From NCBI GenBank assembly GCA_950097015.1, contig CATNEN010000012.1:2108001-2172000 (forward strand): 64,000 nucleotides of DNA. The letters run 5' to 3'. Below, piece after piece: positions 61,628 through 64,000 of this stretch. This DNA comes from Macrostomum hystrix (lineage: Eukaryota > Animalia > Platyhelminthes). The first letter of the stretch is position 1, and every line of letters starts with the position of its first letter. Below the pieces are notes generated by a model that did not search any database, was not told where the DNA came from, and worked only from the letters and a program-made list of their open reading frames with translations. A program made the position numbers and the translations under genes.

Positions 61628-63485
61628 CAACGCATCATTGTGTCCCACAGTCTGAAACTGGACCGCATCATTGTGTCCCACAGTCTGAAACTGGACCGCA
61701 TCATTGTGTCCCACAGTCTGAAACTGGACCGCATCATTGTGTCCCACAGTCTGAAACTGGACCGCATCATTGTGTCCCACAGAATGAAACTGGACCGCAT
61801 CATTTTGTCCCACAGTCTGAAACTGGACCGCATCATTGTGTCCCACAGTCTGAAACTGGACCGCATCATTGTGTCCCACAGAATGAAACTGGACCGCATC
61901 ATTTTGTCCCACAGTCTGAAACTGGACCGCATCATTGTGTCCCACAGTCTGAAACTGGACCGCATCATTGTGTCCCACAGTCTGAAACTGGACCGCATCA
62001 TTGTGTCCCACAGTCTGAAACTGGACCGCATCATTGTGTCCCACAGTCTGAAACTGGACCGCATCATTGTGTCCCACAGTCTGAAACTGGACCGCATCAT
62101 TGTGTCCCACAGTCTGAAACTGGACCGCATCATTGTGTCCCACAGTCTGAAACTGGACCGCATCATTGTGTCCCACAGTCTGAAACTGGACCGCATCATT
62201 GTGTCCCACAGTCTGAAACTGGACCGCATCATTGTGTCCCACAGTCTGAAACTGGACCGCATCATTGTGTCCCACAGTCTGAAACTGGACCGCATCATTG
62301 TGTCCCACAGTCTGAAACTGGACCGCATCATTGTGTCCCACAGTCTGAAACTGGACCGCATCATTGTGTCCCACAGAATGAAACTGGACCGCATCATTGT
62401 GTCCCACAGTCTGAAACTGGACCGCATCATTGTGTCCCACAGTCTGAAACTGGACCGCATCATTGTGTCCCACAGTCTGAAACTGGACCGCATCATTGTG
62501 TCCCACAGTCTGAAACTGGACCGCATCATTGTGTCCCACAGTCTGAAACTGGACCGCATCATTGTGTCCCACAGTCTGAAACTGGACCGCATCATTGTGT
62601 CCCACAGTCTGAAACTGGACCGCATCATTGTGTCCCACAGTCTGAAACTGGACCGCATCATTGTGTCCCACAGTCTGAAACTGGACCGCATCATTGTGTC
62701 CCACAGTCTGAAACTGGACCGCATCATTGTGTCCCACAGTCTGAAACTGGACCGCATCATTGTGTCCCACAGTCTGAAACTGGACCGCATCATTGTGTCC
62801 CACAGTCTGAAACTGGACCGCATCATTGTGTCCCACAGTCTGAAACTGGACCGCATCATTGTGTCCCACAGTCTGAAACTGGACCGCATCATTGTGTCCC
62901 ACAGTCTGAAACTGGACCGCATCATTGTGTCCCACAGAATGAAACTGGACCGCATCATTGTGTCCCACAGTCTGAAACTGGACCGCATCATTGTGTCCCA
63001 CAGTCTGAAACTGGACCGCATCATTGTGTCCCACAGAATGAAACTGGACCGCATCATTTTGTCCCACAGTCTGAAACTGGACCGCATCATTGTGTCCCAC
63101 AGTCTGAAACTGGACCGCATCATTGTGTCCCACAGTCTGAAACTGGACCGCATCATTGTGTCCCACAGTCTGAAACTGGACCGCATCATTGTGTCCCACA
63201 GTCTGAAACTGGACCGCATCATTGTGTCCCACAGTCTGAAACTGGACCGCATCATTGTGTCCCACAGAATGAAACTGGACCGCATCATTGTGTCCCACAG
63301 TCTGAAACTGGACCGCATCATTGTGTCCCACAGTCTGAAACTGGACCGCATCATTGTGTCCCACAGTCTGAAACTGGACCGCATCATTGTGTCCCACAGT
63401 CTGAAACTGGACCGCATCATTGTGTCCCACAGTCTGAAACTGGACCGCATCATTGTGTCCCACAGGCTGAAACTGGACCGCATGA
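61628..63485. repeat. 33-bp tandem repeat (TGTGTCCCACAGTCTGAAACTGGACCGCATCAT), about 56 highly homogeneous copies
   Basis: Read directly; only two recurrent variants (ACAGAATG and CATTTTGT). Confidence 0.98.
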
Positions 63486-64000
63486 CAGTCTTTTTGACCA
63501 ATGCTTGCTTCTATCCATAAATTAAATGTATCTATCATGTATATCTACTAACAGTTATATTACGCAAGCAAAATTGATGCCAAATAGAAAGATGGAAGGC
63601 AATACTTTAATGCACGAGCATTCATTTCTGATCCCTCAAAAGAAAAATTTGTATCAATAAGAAAATACGATTACGTTGATTATCTGAATATAATTAAACT
63701 ATAAAGTTCGCATACCGGGCTGTTTTAAACTTGCATGCAACATTTTCATTGAAAGCATGAGAAAATAGTGAAGAAACGACACGCCCGAGTAGCAATCAGC
63801 TTTTTGCTTATTATATTCAATTTTTATAACGTGAGCAACTAACTTTGAGGCTAAACTCATTTTTTGTTAAAATTACAAGATTAAGAAACAACAGTAAATG
63901 AAAAAATTCTTACACTGTACTTAAAGTAGATAATTAGGAAATCAAAGCTTTGATTTGCAGAAGAAAACTTCATTTTTGCATCTAATGACGCTAGCTAATA

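Noticed and set aside
61574-63538. 630-650-aa ORFs on both strands (possible antifreeze-, mucin- or solenoid-like protein)
   Set aside because: Three overlapping frames are open simply because the 33-bp unit has no stops in them. The DNA copies are near-identical, with no synonymous divergence to suggest protein-level selection.

Overview
This is eukaryotic (metazoan) genomic DNA with GT-AG spliced genes, not prokaryotic, and it contains no CRISPR array. GC-rich exons with poly-Q/A/G runs alternate with AT-rich spacers and many unrelated minisatellite arrays, mostly intronic. That style resembles a free-living flatworm such as Macrostomum, but the organism is an inference I cannot confirm. 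Hand-assembled, phase-consistent + strand gene models: an unrecognised 622-aa protein (1929-4985), HAP40/F8A (5898-9866), a Raf kinase (16277-26336), a reticulon (31054-32117), a MARCH6/Doa10 E3 ligase (33754-39199), and an unrecognised gene with alternative first exons (49965/58676-61469). The - strand carries a C/EBP-family bZIP gene (42464-43634). Mobile DNA: an internally deleted CRE-type non-LTR retrotransposon, an end-intact non-autonomous Helitron with a nested hAT MITE, and tRNA-derived SINEs. The best leads are: (1) a candidate 5-exon, 98-aa ORF whose last exon is the Raf first coding exon (possible bicistronic mRNA); (2) a uORF versus 55-nt-intron switch plus distal leader exons at C/EBP; (3) an ATG-initiated in-frame microexon in Raf; (4) alternative first exons isolated as islands between satellites. 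The very long ORFs in the supplied track are read-throughs of tandem repeats.
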